DNA of 64,000 nt from Abditibacterium sp. (lineage in GTDB: Bacteria; Armatimonadota; Abditibacteriia; Abditibacteriales; Abditibacteriaceae): NCBI GenBank assembly GCA_965199495.1, contig CBDASK010000003.1, forward strand, positions 2,912,001 through 2,976,000, in the 5' to 3' direction. Below the pieces are notes generated by a model. The model was not told the DNA's origin. It searched no databases and saw only the letters and a program-made list of their open reading frames with translations. Both the position numbers and the translations under genes were made by a program. Shown here piece by piece: positions 19,047 through 28,316 of this stretch. Within the stretch, counting starts at the first letter, position 1, and each line of letters opens with the position of its first letter.

Positions 19047-20600
19047 TTAAAGCGAAGTGTGATTGCCCAAATTGCCCTGCACGGCGTTGGGCATCGCGCT
19101 ATTGTTGGGCGGCGCACCGTTTTCCGAGTAGAGGCCGTGTTCGGGCTTGGAATCGTGAGCCAGCGCGAAGTTCCAGGCTTCGCCCAGCGTCACGCCCCAT
19201 GTGTTGTCGAGGTCGGCATTGGGCGTGGAACTGCCATCAATTTTGGCGCCGTCGGGCGTATGACCGGCCAATGCCGAAAAATACGCGTAGGTAAACGCGC
19301 CATATTGGGCGTTGGAAGTGGCCCACGAAACTTCGTTTGGCCCGCACGACGACATCACCACGCGCTTAGATGCGCGTAGCGTATCGGCGAAACCGCCCGA
19401 AAAGCACTGCTTCATCTGAATCATCATCAGGCGATATTTTTTGATTTGAGCGAGCGATGTTTTGAACTCGCCATCGCTCATGCTATCGCCCCACAACACA
19501 ACGGTGCTGCGGATGTGAACGGAATCAGTTTTGGTGCCGTTGCCGTTGAGATCGAGGTCATACTGGGATTCCGAAATCGCGGGGCCAACCGAATTGGTCG
19601 TATCCAGAACGCCACCATAATTGCCAGGCGCATTATCGCCCGCTTTTTGCGCCAGAAAACCGCCGCCATGATCGTTAATCATCAGGTAAAGCGTATCGGA
19701 ATCGGTCATTTTCGCGTTCAGATTGGCGAAAACGGCGTTGATGTTGTCGCGAGTCGCCGAATAATTGACCGGCATCGAGCCGTCGCGTCCAACGCCGCCC
19801 GCATAAATCACGGTGATGTTTTTGGTGTCGTAGCCGTATTTCTGCAAAATCAGATACATCGTTTTCAGGTCGTTCCAGTAGCGCGGATGGTTGTTGGCGT
19901 TGTCGCCGCCGCCCACCAGCAGCACGGCATATTTGACCGTGGGAAGCGGCTTTTTTGGTTCGGGCGCTGGCGTTGTCGTCGAAGTGTTGCCGGTTGTTTT
20001 GCCGGGAATCGGCAAGTTTTCCAGAATCCCGCCCGTATTGATATTTGGCACCTGTCGCAAAATTTTGGGATCGAAATTCGCCAGCGCATCCGAGCGCGGT
20101 TGGAACTTTTGAACCGCCTGATTTGGCTCGCTTTCCAGCTTCAAAACGCTGGCTTCGTTCAGCAGTTCGAGGCCCGCCGCCGTCGGCGCGACCAGGCGTC
20201 CCGTCACGCCAACTTCGTCGCCGTTGCGCAGGTTGGGCAGGGGCGCCGCGAGGGGCACATACGATTGCGGCGGCATCATCATGTCGCATTGCACGCGCTC
20301 GATGCTGTCCACGATCATCGGGATTGAACCGTCGTAGTAAAAGCCGCGCACCGTGACGACCTGATTCAGTTTGTCGGTGCCCAAAGCGCCGCGCGCCGCC
20401 AAAATTGAGGGCGATTTGACCACCAGATTGGGGCTAAAACCCGCGCGCAGATTCAAATTGCGTTGCAATTCGGGCGTGATGAGCGTGCCACCGGCAGTTC
20501 CATCGGGCACCCGTTGCGCCTGAGCGCCAGCCAGCAATGTGAGCGTTGCGCCCACCACCCACAGGCTCCGTAAAGCCGGACGAAGAGTGAAGTTTTTCAT
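19047..20600 (-). CDS. Secreted C13 (legumain/caspase-fold) cysteine peptidase
   Basis: Signal peptide; YAVLLVGG..N..RYWND, NDHGG (His), MKQCFSGGF (Cys). Confidence 0.8.
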   Translation of the reverse strand: MKNFTLRPALRSLWVVGATLTLLAGAQAQRVPDGTAGGTLITPELQRNLNLRAGFSPNLVVKSPSILAARGALGTDKLNQVVTVRGFYYDGSIPMIVDSIERVQCDMMMPPQSYVPLAAPLPNLRNGDEVGVTGRLVAPTAAGLELLNEASVLKLESEPNQAVQKFQPRSDALANFDPKILRQVPNINTGGILENLPIPGKTTGNTSTTTPAPEPKKPLPTVKYAVLLVGGGDNANNHPRYWNDLKTMYLILQKYGYDTKNITVIYAGGVGRDGSMPVNYSATRDNINAVFANLNAKMTDSDTLYLMINDHGGGFLAQKAGDNAPGNYGGVLDTTNSVGPAISESQYDLDLNGNGTKTDSVHIRSTVVLWGDSMSDGEFKTSLAQIKKYRLMMIQMKQCFSGGFADTLRASKRVVMSSCGPNEVSWATSNAQYGAFTYAYFSALAGHTPDGAKIDGSSTPNADLDNTWGVTLGEAWNFALAHDSKPEHGLYSENGAPPNNSAMPNAVQGNLGNHTSL

Positions 20601-20661
20601 GGAGTGTCGGCGCCCAGTTACAAGTGTTCGCGGCGCCTGACTTCTATCTTAAAACTTCCAT

Positions 20662-20690
20662 TTTATACTTGCAACATGATTTTATGTCAA
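20662..20690 (-). promoter_or_regulatory. Near-consensus sigma70 promoter for the C13 peptidase
   Basis: Minus strand reads TTGACA-N17-TATAAA in an AT-rich intergenic region about 60 nt upstream of the start. Confidence 0.65.
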
Positions 20691-20740
20691 CTTTCAAAAT
20701 AAACTCGCTTTGTTATTTATTTTGCTTTCTAACCTTTAAC

Positions 20741-20772
20741 AAAAAGGCCGCGCGACTTTTGCCGCGCGGCCC
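20741..20772 (-). terminator. Rho-independent terminator of glgP
   Basis: GGCCGCGCG..CGCGCGGCC stem with an A5 tract on the + strand. Confidence 0.75.
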
Positions 20773-20778
20773 TTTCAA

Positions 20779-22500
20779 CTATCGCAAATACGCCTGCGTG
20801 ACATATTGCCGCATCATGCGATGCGTATTGAAATAACAGGCGTTTTTGCCAATCGCGCCTTTCATCACTTCAATCCAACTCGCGTGATCGTCGTCGGCAT
20901 AATATCTGGGCAAAATTTTGTTACACAGTTTGTCGTATAAATCGTGAATATCGAGAGTTTCGTCCACGTTTTCCAGACTCGATTCGGTGGCGGCGGGGCC
21001 GATGCTCCAACCGGTCACGTCTTCGATCCAGCCTTCGATCCACCAGCCGTCCAAAACCGAAAAATTCGGCACGCCGTTGTGCGTGGCTTTCATGCCGCTC
21101 GTGCCGGACGCTTCGCGCGGACGCATCGGCGTGTTGAGCCAAATATCAGCGCCCGCGACGATTTTGAGCGCCAAATCCATATCGTAATTTTCCAGGAAAA
21201 CCAAAGGAATATCCGAATGGCCCAGCGCGCGCGCGGCTTCGATAATTTTGTGGATGTTCTCTTTGCCCGCGCCGTCGCGCGGATGCGCCTTGCCCGCGTA
21301 AACGATTTGCAATTTGCCATGAGCCATTTCGGCGAGCTTGTTGATGTCGCGAAACAACAAATCGGCGCGCTTGTAGGGCGTGGCGCGGCGCGCGAAACCA
21401 ATCGTCAAAATGTCTTCGGACATTTGGATGCCGGTGCGGTCGCGCACTTCTTCGATCAAATCGCGTTTGCAATGCTGGTGCGTCGCCCAGATTTCTTGAT
21501 CGGGCACGTTGTCCACGCGCACAAAAAGTTCCGGTTCAGCAGTCCAGCCGGGAATGTATTTGGAGTAAAGCGCCTGCCAGCGCGGGTGCGTCCAGGTGCG
21601 CGTATGCACGCCGTTGGTAATCGAGTGAATATCGTAGCCGGGGAACATGTGCCGCGAAATCTCGCCGTGCTTTTTGGCTACGCCGTTGGCATAACCGCTC
21701 AGGTTCAGCGCCAGCGTCGTCATGTTCAACATATCGTGCGCATCGCCAAACTTTTTGAACGCGTCCATCGGGAAATATTCGCCCAAAACTTTTTGCACGA
21801 GCGGCCACTCGAAGCGGTCGTGGCCAGCCTCGACCGGCGTGTGCGTGGTGAAAACCGTCCGATCTTGGACAGAAGCCACGTCCCACACGGCGTCTTCTTC
21901 CCACACATCCTCGATGTTGCGGCGCGTGCGGCGCAGCAGTTCCAAAACGAGCAGGGCGGCGTGCCCTTCGTTCATGTGGAATTTTTCGATGGGATAACCC
22001 AAATCTTGCAACAATCGGGTGCCACCGATGCCCAGAATCACTTCTTGTTTGAGGCGATATTCGTTGTCGCCGCCATACAAATGATAGGTCAAACCTTTGT
22101 CCCATTCGTGATTTTGTTCCAAATTGGAGTCGAGAAACAAAAGCGGCACGACGTGGCCGCTCTCGCCTTCCAAGTCGTAGCGCCACGCTTGCAAATGAAC
22201 GGCGCGGCCTTCGATGGAAACCTGCACGCGATTGGGCAAAAGCGTGAAACCTTTTTCGGCGGGATTCCAATCCACCGGCGATTCGGTTTGCCAGCCGTCG
22301 GCGTCGAGATGTTGGCGGAAGTAACCCTGATTATAAAGCAGCGAAACCGCGACTTCGGGCACGCCCAAATCGGCGGCGGATTTCAGGGTGTCTCCGGCCA
22401 AAACGCCGAGGCCGCCGGAGTAGGTCGGAATATCGGTGCGAAAACCGATTTCCATCGAAAAATAAGCGATGCGTGGATCGCGCTGTGATTGTGTGGACAT
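20779..22500 (-). CDS. glgP: Alpha-glucan (glycogen/maltodextrin) phosphorylase
   Basis: AYFSMEIG, YSGGLGVLAGD, HMNEGH, FTTHTPV, FARR..YKR, PLP-binding EASGTSGMK. Confidence 0.95.
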   Translation of the reverse strand: MSTQSQRDPRIAYFSMEIGFRTDIPTYSGGLGVLAGDTLKSAADLGVPEVAVSLLYNQGYFRQHLDADGWQTESPVDWNPAEKGFTLLPNRVQVSIEGRAVHLQAWRYDLEGESGHVVPLLFLDSNLEQNHEWDKGLTYHLYGGDNEYRLKQEVILGIGGTRLLQDLGYPIEKFHMNEGHAALLVLELLRRTRRNIEDVWEEDAVWDVASVQDRTVFTTHTPVEAGHDRFEWPLVQKVLGEYFPMDAFKKFGDAHDMLNMTTLALNLSGYANGVAKKHGEISRHMFPGYDIHSITNGVHTRTWTHPRWQALYSKYIPGWTAEPELFVRVDNVPDQEIWATHQHCKRDLIEEVRDRTGIQMSEDILTIGFARRATPYKRADLLFRDINKLAEMAHGKLQIVYAGKAHPRDGAGKENIHKIIEAARALGHSDIPLVFLENYDMDLALKIVAGADIWLNTPMRPREASGTSGMKATHNGVPNFSVLDGWWIEGWIEDVTGWSIGPAATESSLENVDETLDIHDLYDKLCNKILPRYYADDDHASWIEVMKGAIGKNACYFNTHRMMRQYVTQAYLR

Positions 22501-22653
22501 GAGAAACTAAACAGCAACGAGTTTATAATGATTTCGGCGTGCCAAAGCACGAAAGCGCATTTGCTAAACTGCGCGCGAAGATTTTCTGACCGCGCGAAAG
22601 ATGAAGACAATTGAGCGAATTCATTCGTTCTGACACGCCGATTCCATCCCCGC

Positions 22654-23037
22654 ATGAAACCAACTTTTTGTTGTCTGTCTTCTGTCTTGTTGACCGGCGT
22701 GGCTGTGGCGTTGCCCGCGCGTGCCGCGACGCCCCAATTTCAGCTCAGTGCCGTTGACGCCCAAACGTTTCATCTCGTCGTTTACCCGTCCGGCCAGCCT
22801 GCGCCGCCGCCGAGTCCGTTCGTCGTCGAAGACGCGAAGTGGCCGCAAGCGGTCACCGCAACTAACGCGATGGGTTCGTCGGTGCGCGTGGCGGGCGGCG
22901 CGCTCACTCTCGATGCGCGCGGCAACTGGCAACTCAAAGCGCCCAATAATTTGACGCTGAGCGGCGAAAACCGTGGTTTATGCGGGCAACGCGGTGAAGG
23001 TGAAGTTTTAAAAGCGGTTGAGAAATTGATGCGATAG
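22654..23037 (+). CDS. Short secreted protein, possibly a truncated N-terminal fragment of a larger enzyme
   Basis: Clear signal peptide (ALPARA) and a beta-rich region that ends abruptly. Confidence 0.5.
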   Translation: MKPTFCCLSSVLLTGVAVALPARAATPQFQLSAVDAQTFHLVVYPSGQPAPPPSPFVVEDAKWPQAVTATNAMGSSVRVAGGALTLDARGNWQLKAPNNLTLSGENRGLCGQRGEGEVLKAVEKLMR

Positions 23038-23078
23038 GGTCTTAATAAAATGCGCGGCGCGTTAAACTAAGGCTTCCC

Positions 23079-23654
23079 ATGAAAGCCCTTTCGTGGCGCG
23101 CGCTGTTCGCGCCCCGACAAACCGCCGACGCCGCCGAAACCGCGCCTGCGCGCCCGTTTTTGCGGCGCATCAATGCCGACCCGCGCGTTGGGCTACGCGT
23201 TTTCGATTGGAGCGCCGATGCCGAAATCGTCAGCGAATGGCAACGCGAAACTTACGCGCTGAACTTTCCTGATTTCGGTTACACGCCCGAATTCGCGGCG
23301 GCTTTTCGCCACGATTTGCGCCGCGCCGCTTTGGACGAAAATAACGGTTTATTCGTCTTGTCCGAACTCGATTCGCACAACGGCGAGCAGTTGTGCGGTT
23401 TCGTGTGGGTCGTTTTGTGTCACAACAATTGGACGAGCGAACGTTACGGCTATATCAACAATCTTTATATCGCGCCCTCACGGCGCGGCCACGGCCTGAG
23501 CGACGAGTTGATGAGCTACGCCGAAAGTTGGTTTCGCGAGCGTCGCGTTTCTAAATTGCGTCTGACGGTGACTTCGACCAACGTTAACGCGTGCCGGTTA
23601 TACGAACGTTTGGGTTATCAGACGCAGCGCTTCGAGATGGAAAAAGATATTTGA
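23079..23654 (+). CDS. GNAT family N-acetyltransferase
   Basis: YINNLYIAPSRRGHGL, LTVTSTNVNACRLYERLGY. Confidence 0.92.
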   Translation: MKALSWRALFAPRQTADAAETAPARPFLRRINADPRVGLRVFDWSADAEIVSEWQRETYALNFPDFGYTPEFAAAFRHDLRRAALDENNGLFVLSELDSHNGEQLCGFVWVVLCHNNWTSERYGYINNLYIAPSRRGHGLSDELMSYAESWFRERRVSKLRLTVTSTNVNACRLYERLGYQTQRFEMEKDI

Positions 23655-23761
23655 GCTGTTGTATAAATGAGTTTCTGACAAGTTTTAAATTGGCGATTCG
23701 CATCAACTTAGAAGTTTCGCAATCGGAACCCTACGCGCGGCGCTGTTGTCTGAATTGTTCG

Positions 23762-26700
23762 ATGTTTCCCCGCTCCCGTTTCGCCCTCCGTTTCGCCGCC
23801 ATTTGTGGCGGCGCTTTGCTGGTTGCGCCCGTTTCTCATGCGGCGCCCACCAAAGCCACGCCCGCCGTGGCTGCTGTTCCAACCTTGAAGCTCGACGGTT
23901 GGAACTATGAAATGGCCGACGAGCCATTGGAACCACGTTGGAGTTGGCGCGCGACGGTGAAAAGCCAGAGCGATGGCGCCGGTCGCGTGGTGTTCGGCTG
24001 GAAAGATGCGCGCAACTTCGCTTTGTTGCAGGTCGGGCGCGCCGCGACCGAACTGTGGCAAATCAAAGATGGCGCCGCGCGCCGCGTTGCTTTTGGCGCG
24101 AGCGTTGCGCCAAACCAAAGCGTGACGCTGCAAGTCGAGGGCAAACGCGCGCGCGTTTTGCGCGATAATGCGATTGTCGCGCAGACCGAAATGGAATTGC
24201 CCGGTAGCGGATTCGGCACTGCGACGCAGGGCACAATAACGTGGGATGCGGGCGATGTGCAGCCGACGGCGCCGGTTGTTTTTCGCGATGATTTCATGCG
24301 TGCTGAGGGGCCAGACGATGCCGAGATTCCGTCGGAGTGGGCCGTGCAGGGCAATTGGAAAACGTCGGGTTCGCTGGGGCCGAAATCCGACGCGGCGCTC
24401 AACCCGAATCCGTTCGTGTTTCGCGCCAGTTATGCGGCCAATAACGCTAAAAATGACGAGGCCGTCGCGCGCGCCGGACATTGGTTTTGGAGCGATTACG
24501 CGTTGACGGCTTCGGTGCGCGCCAACGATTCTAATGGCAACGGCCCATTGACGGCGGCGTTGCAGGCGTTTGAAGGCACGAACCAAACCGGCGTCGTCGC
24601 CGAAATTGATTTTCGCGCCAATGTCGCGCGCATCAAGTTGGGCGACAAAGTTCTGGCCCAGAGCGCGCCCTTCGATACCGAACCCGGCCAGTGGCACCGG
24701 GTGAGATTTGAACCCGGCCCCGGCACGGCGCGCCTTTTGATTGACGGCATCGAGCGCGTCAGCGCCAAAGACGTGACGCTGGCGCAGGGCGAAATCGGGT
24801 TGCGCGCCAAAACAAACGGCGCCAATTCCGTTGATTTCGACGACGTGTGGGCCGCGCCCGTGGCCGATGATAAAGGCTGGGGCGAAGGGCAGTTGCCCGA
24901 ACGGTTTCAGAAAGACCGGCTGATGAAAAATTGGGCGAGCGCGGCGGCGGCGTGGAAGCGCGGCGCCGACGGGACGTGGTGGAATACCGGCGATTTCTTT
25001 GGCGATGCGCAGGTTTCGTTGCCCGTACCCGATTTGGCGGATGGCGCCGGAATGAAGATTTCGCTGGGCGCCAAAGACGACGCAGCCACGGCGACCACGC
25101 AGTTCATTGTGACGCGCGCAGGAGACAGTATTTTGCTCGGTTTCGAGGGCAATCCGCAACTCAAAATGCCCCTCGCGCAGGCGACGGGCAAACCGATTAT
25201 GGTGAAAAGCACGCCGCAAATGAATAAAGGGAAAAGCGAAGTCATCTCGGAAGCGTTTGTGGATGGCAACTCGTTTGGCCGCCACACTGATGCGCGCGTG
25301 ATGGGCGGCGTAAAGATCTGCGTGACTCCGCTCAAAAATGGCGTGCCCCTCGGAGCGGTTGCGCCCGAACCCATCTCGCTGACATCGGCGACGTTCGAGC
25401 GCGATGGCACCGCGATTATCGGCGTGAATATCACGCCGGTAACCGAGCAAATCGCGCGCGAAAACGGCTTGCCGCAGGCGGTTGGCGCCATCGTGGATAA
25501 CGTCGAGGGCGGCAGTCCGGCGCGCGCGGCGGGCGTGCAAAACGGCGATGTCGTCATCGGCGTCAACGGCCAGAAAGTCGTGGACGTGGATTCGATGAAA
25601 GCCGCCGTTGGCGCGGTCAAGCCGGGCGATAAAGTTACGATTGACTTATTGCGCGCGCGCCGCGACGGATCGGGTATTGATTGGGAAAACGCCCTCGCCA
25701 CGACCGATGCGGTTTTGGATTATAACTTCACCACGGCGCCGACCGATTGGCGCGCGGCGCGCGGGCGCTGGGAAGTCGCCGAGCGTTGGACGTGTTCGCC
25801 GCAGTGGAGCTTTTTTAGCGGCAGCAACGCCGATTCGCCGCTTCTGTGGAGCCGCTTTCAAACCAAGGGCGATTGGACGCTCGAAGCCTATCTCGCCACG
25901 CCGATGGATTTGACGCGCGGCGAGCGTTCGCCGACCGATTTGAACATCAGCGTCGGTGGCGACGGACGCGATTTGGCGAGCGGTTACTCGTTCGGTTTCG
26001 CGACCGACGCGCGCGCGCACAACACGATCTGGCGCGGCGATGGCGTCGCGCTGCAAAAAGATTTCGTGTTGCCGCCGGGCGTGGGTGAAACTCATCAGGA
26101 TTGGTTTTATGTGCGTCTGGAAAAACGGCAAATCGGCAAAAGCGTCCACTTCAAGTGGAGCGTCAACGGGCGCGAAATCGCCGATTATACCGACGATAAT
26201 CCATTGTCAGACGGCGGTCATCTGGCGTTTTGGAGCAAGAATGGCGCGATTTCGATGGCGCGCATGCGGCTGTGGAATTCGGGTTTGAGCGCGCCCAAAG
26301 CCGCGCCGTTTGCGCCCTTGCCCGGTGTGCGGCAAATCGCCAATCCGTTGGGAAATTGGGGCACGCGCGGCGCCGGTGATGACGCTTCGGCGGTTGTGTT
26401 GCCGATAGCAGCCACGGCGCCGGATAAGGGCGCGGTGAAAATCGTCAATCCGCAAAGCGGCGGCGACTGGACGACGTATATCACGCGCACGCCGTTCGCG
26501 GCGGCGGCGCATCCGACATTGGGTTGGGAATATAAAATGGATGCGAATGTAAAGCTCAATCTCTACGCCAAAATCGCGGGCGCGTGGCGCGAAATCACTT
26601 GGAGCGGTGGCAAAAGCGATGGTAACGACACGAAATCGCTGGGCCATTTCGACGCCGTGGCTGATGGGCAGTGGCACCGCGCCAGTTTCGATTTGTTGAG

Positions 26701-26863
26701 CGCAATGCGCGAGAACGGTTTGGAGGGACAAACCGTCGAATCATTGGCTTTTGCGGCGCCCGATGTGGATTATCTGCGCGCCGGATTGGGCGGCAATCAT
26801 GCGGGCGCGACGTTGGAACTGCGCGATTTTACGGCGCCGGTTCTGGTGGCGAAAGCGGATTAA
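23762..26863 (+). CDS. Large secreted multidomain protein: jelly-roll/LamG-like (DUF1080-like) domains plus a PDZ domain
   Basis: Signal peptide; 'GQWHRVRF...GEIGL...VDFDDV' jelly-roll repeats; DegP-type PDZ IGVNITPV...VEGGSPARAAGVQNGDVVIGVNG. Start moved to ATG 23762. Confidence 0.7.
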   Translation: MFPRSRFALRFAAICGGALLVAPVSHAAPTKATPAVAAVPTLKLDGWNYEMADEPLEPRWSWRATVKSQSDGAGRVVFGWKDARNFALLQVGRAATELWQIKDGAARRVAFGASVAPNQSVTLQVEGKRARVLRDNAIVAQTEMELPGSGFGTATQGTITWDAGDVQPTAPVVFRDDFMRAEGPDDAEIPSEWAVQGNWKTSGSLGPKSDAALNPNPFVFRASYAANNAKNDEAVARAGHWFWSDYALTASVRANDSNGNGPLTAALQAFEGTNQTGVVAEIDFRANVARIKLGDKVLAQSAPFDTEPGQWHRVRFEPGPGTARLLIDGIERVSAKDVTLAQGEIGLRAKTNGANSVDFDDVWAAPVADDKGWGEGQLPERFQKDRLMKNWASAAAAWKRGADGTWWNTGDFFGDAQVSLPVPDLADGAGMKISLGAKDDAATATTQFIVTRAGDSILLGFEGNPQLKMPLAQATGKPIMVKSTPQMNKGKSEVISEAFVDGNSFGRHTDARVMGGVKICVTPLKNGVPLGAVAPEPISLTSATFERDGTAIIGVNITPVTEQIARENGLPQAVGAIVDNVEGGSPARAAGVQNGDVVIGVNGQKVVDVDSMKAAVGAVKPGDKVTIDLLRARRDGSGIDWENALATTDAVLDYNFTTAPTDWRAARGRWEVAERWTCSPQWSFFSGSNADSPLLWSRFQTKGDWTLEAYLATPMDLTRGERSPTDLNISVGGDGRDLASGYSFGFATDARAHNTIWRGDGVALQKDFVLPPGVGETHQDWFYVRLEKRQIGKSVHFKWSVNGREIADYTDDNPLSDGGHLAFWSKNGAISMARMRLWNSGLSAPKAAPFAPLPGVRQIANPLGNWGTRGAGDDASAVVLPIAATAPDKGAVKIVNPQSGGDWTTYITRTPFAAAAHPTLGWEYKMDANVKLNLYAKIAGAWREITWSGGKSDGNDTKSLGHFDAVADGQWHRASFDLLSAMRENGLEGQTVESLAFAAPDVDYLRAGLGGNHAGATLELRDFTAPVLVAKAD

Positions 26864-26866
26864 ATT

Positions 26867-27011
26867 AGCCACAGAAGACACGGAGAACACACAAAGGGGC
26901 ACAGAAAAGCACGAAGAAATTAAAACTACACAGCACAATTTGAGAGATTGAGTTTTAATTTCTTCGTGCTTTTCTGTGCCCCTTTGTGTGTTCTCCGTGT
27001 CTTCTGTGGCT
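26867..27011. repeat. Nonamer-type palindrome, family C (61-bp perfect arms)
   Basis: 26867-26927 (AGCCACAGAAGACACGGAGAACACACAAAGG...) is the exact reverse complement of 26951-27011. Confidence 0.92.
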
Positions 27012-27034
27012 TCAAAACCTTAAACTAAGCGGCA

Positions 27035-28183
27035 ATGTCTCAAACCCCCTTGAAAGTGATGCCGATTGTTGGCACTCGTCCCGAAGCGGTCAAAATGGCG
27101 CCGCTCATTAATCTGCTGCGCGCACGGCCCGACCAATTCGACGTGAAAGTCTGTGCCACCGCCCAGCATCGCGATATGCTCGACCAAGTGATGCAGGCGT
27201 TCGATGTCGGTTATGATTACGATCTCAACATCATGCAGCAGGGCCAGACTTTGACGCAAGTCACGACGCGCGCGCTCGAAGGTTTGGAAGGCGTTTTGAA
27301 AGAAGCCCGGCCCGATATCGTGTTGGCGCAGGGCGATACGACGACCGTGCTGGCGGCGAGTCTGGCTGCGGCTTATCAGCAAATCGCCTTTGGCCACGTC
27401 GAGGCGGGACTGCGCACCGATAACAAATTCGACCCGTTTCCCGAAGAACTCAATCGCCGTTTGACCACGCAAATCACCGATATGCACTTCGCGCCGACGG
27501 CTCAATCCAAAGCCAACTTGCTGCGCGAAGGCGTGCCGGAATCGAAAATTTATCTGACCGGCAATACGGTGATTGACGCGTTGTTGCAAGTCACGGACGG
27601 CGGGCAAAAAGCCATTGCGCAAAACGGAGAAAGTGGCGAAGGTCGCATGATTTTGGTGACGACGCACCGGCGCGAGAATTTGGGCGCGCCCTTAGAAAAC
27701 ATCGTCGGCGCGCTAAGCGATATTTTAGAGAAGTTTCCTGATGCCAACATCGTTTATCCGATGCACAAAAACCCGGCGGTGCGCGAAGTCGTGCGGCGCG
27801 TGCTGGGCGATAACTCGCGCGTGGATTTGATCGAGCCGCTCGATTATCTGCCGTTCGTTCGCGCGATGCAACGCGCGCACCTGATTTTGACCGATTCGGG
27901 CGGCGTGCAGGAAGAAGCGCCCGCGCTGGGCATTCCGGTTTTGGTGCTGCGCCGCACGACCGAGCGGCCCGAAGGCGTGAGCGCGGGCACGGCCAATTTG
28001 ATCGGCACCGAGCGCGCCGACATCGTCGAGGCCGCCAGCCAACTTTTGGGCGATGAGAACGCCTACGCTGCGATGAGCCACTCCGCCAACCCGTATGGCG
28101 ATGGCAAAGCGGGTGAGCGCATCGCGCAGGCGATGTTGCACTGGGCGGGCCGGGGCGAGCGGCCCGGCGATTTCGTGGTTTAG
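27035..28183 (+). CDS. wecB: UDP-N-acetylglucosamine 2-epimerase (non-hydrolysing)
   Basis: GTRPEAVK, QGDT, HVEAGLR, PFPEE.NR, TDSGGVQEEA, ERPE, NPYGDG. Confidence 0.97.
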   Translation: MSQTPLKVMPIVGTRPEAVKMAPLINLLRARPDQFDVKVCATAQHRDMLDQVMQAFDVGYDYDLNIMQQGQTLTQVTTRALEGLEGVLKEARPDIVLAQGDTTTVLAASLAAAYQQIAFGHVEAGLRTDNKFDPFPEELNRRLTTQITDMHFAPTAQSKANLLREGVPESKIYLTGNTVIDALLQVTDGGQKAIAQNGESGEGRMILVTTHRRENLGAPLENIVGALSDILEKFPDANIVYPMHKNPAVREVVRRVLGDNSRVDLIEPLDYLPFVRAMQRAHLILTDSGGVQEEAPALGIPVLVLRRTTERPEGVSAGTANLIGTERADIVEAASQLLGDENAYAAMSHSANPYGDGKAGERIAQAMLHWAGRGERPGDFVV

Positions 28184-28189
28184 CGAAGC

Positions 28190-28293
28190 CATCCGTAGAG
28201 ACGCCGATTTATCGCGTCTAAAACGTAAAGACTCCCGTGTAGCTCGCGGTAATTTTACGTTTTAGACGCGATAAATCGGCGTCTCTACGGATG
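28190..28293. repeat. GTAG-type REP doublet (REPIN), family B
   Basis: Perfect 40-bp arms containing GTAGAGACGCCGATTTATCGCGTCT. Confidence 0.92.
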
Positions 28294-28316
28294 TCATTCA
28301 GCCTATTAATTAAAAA

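Noticed and set aside
20944..22488. Long antisense ORFs (20944-22488, 23708-25540, 14882-16249, 7596-8519, 46188-47048)
   Set aside because: Shadow frames opposite well-supported genes, as expected in GC-rich DNA.
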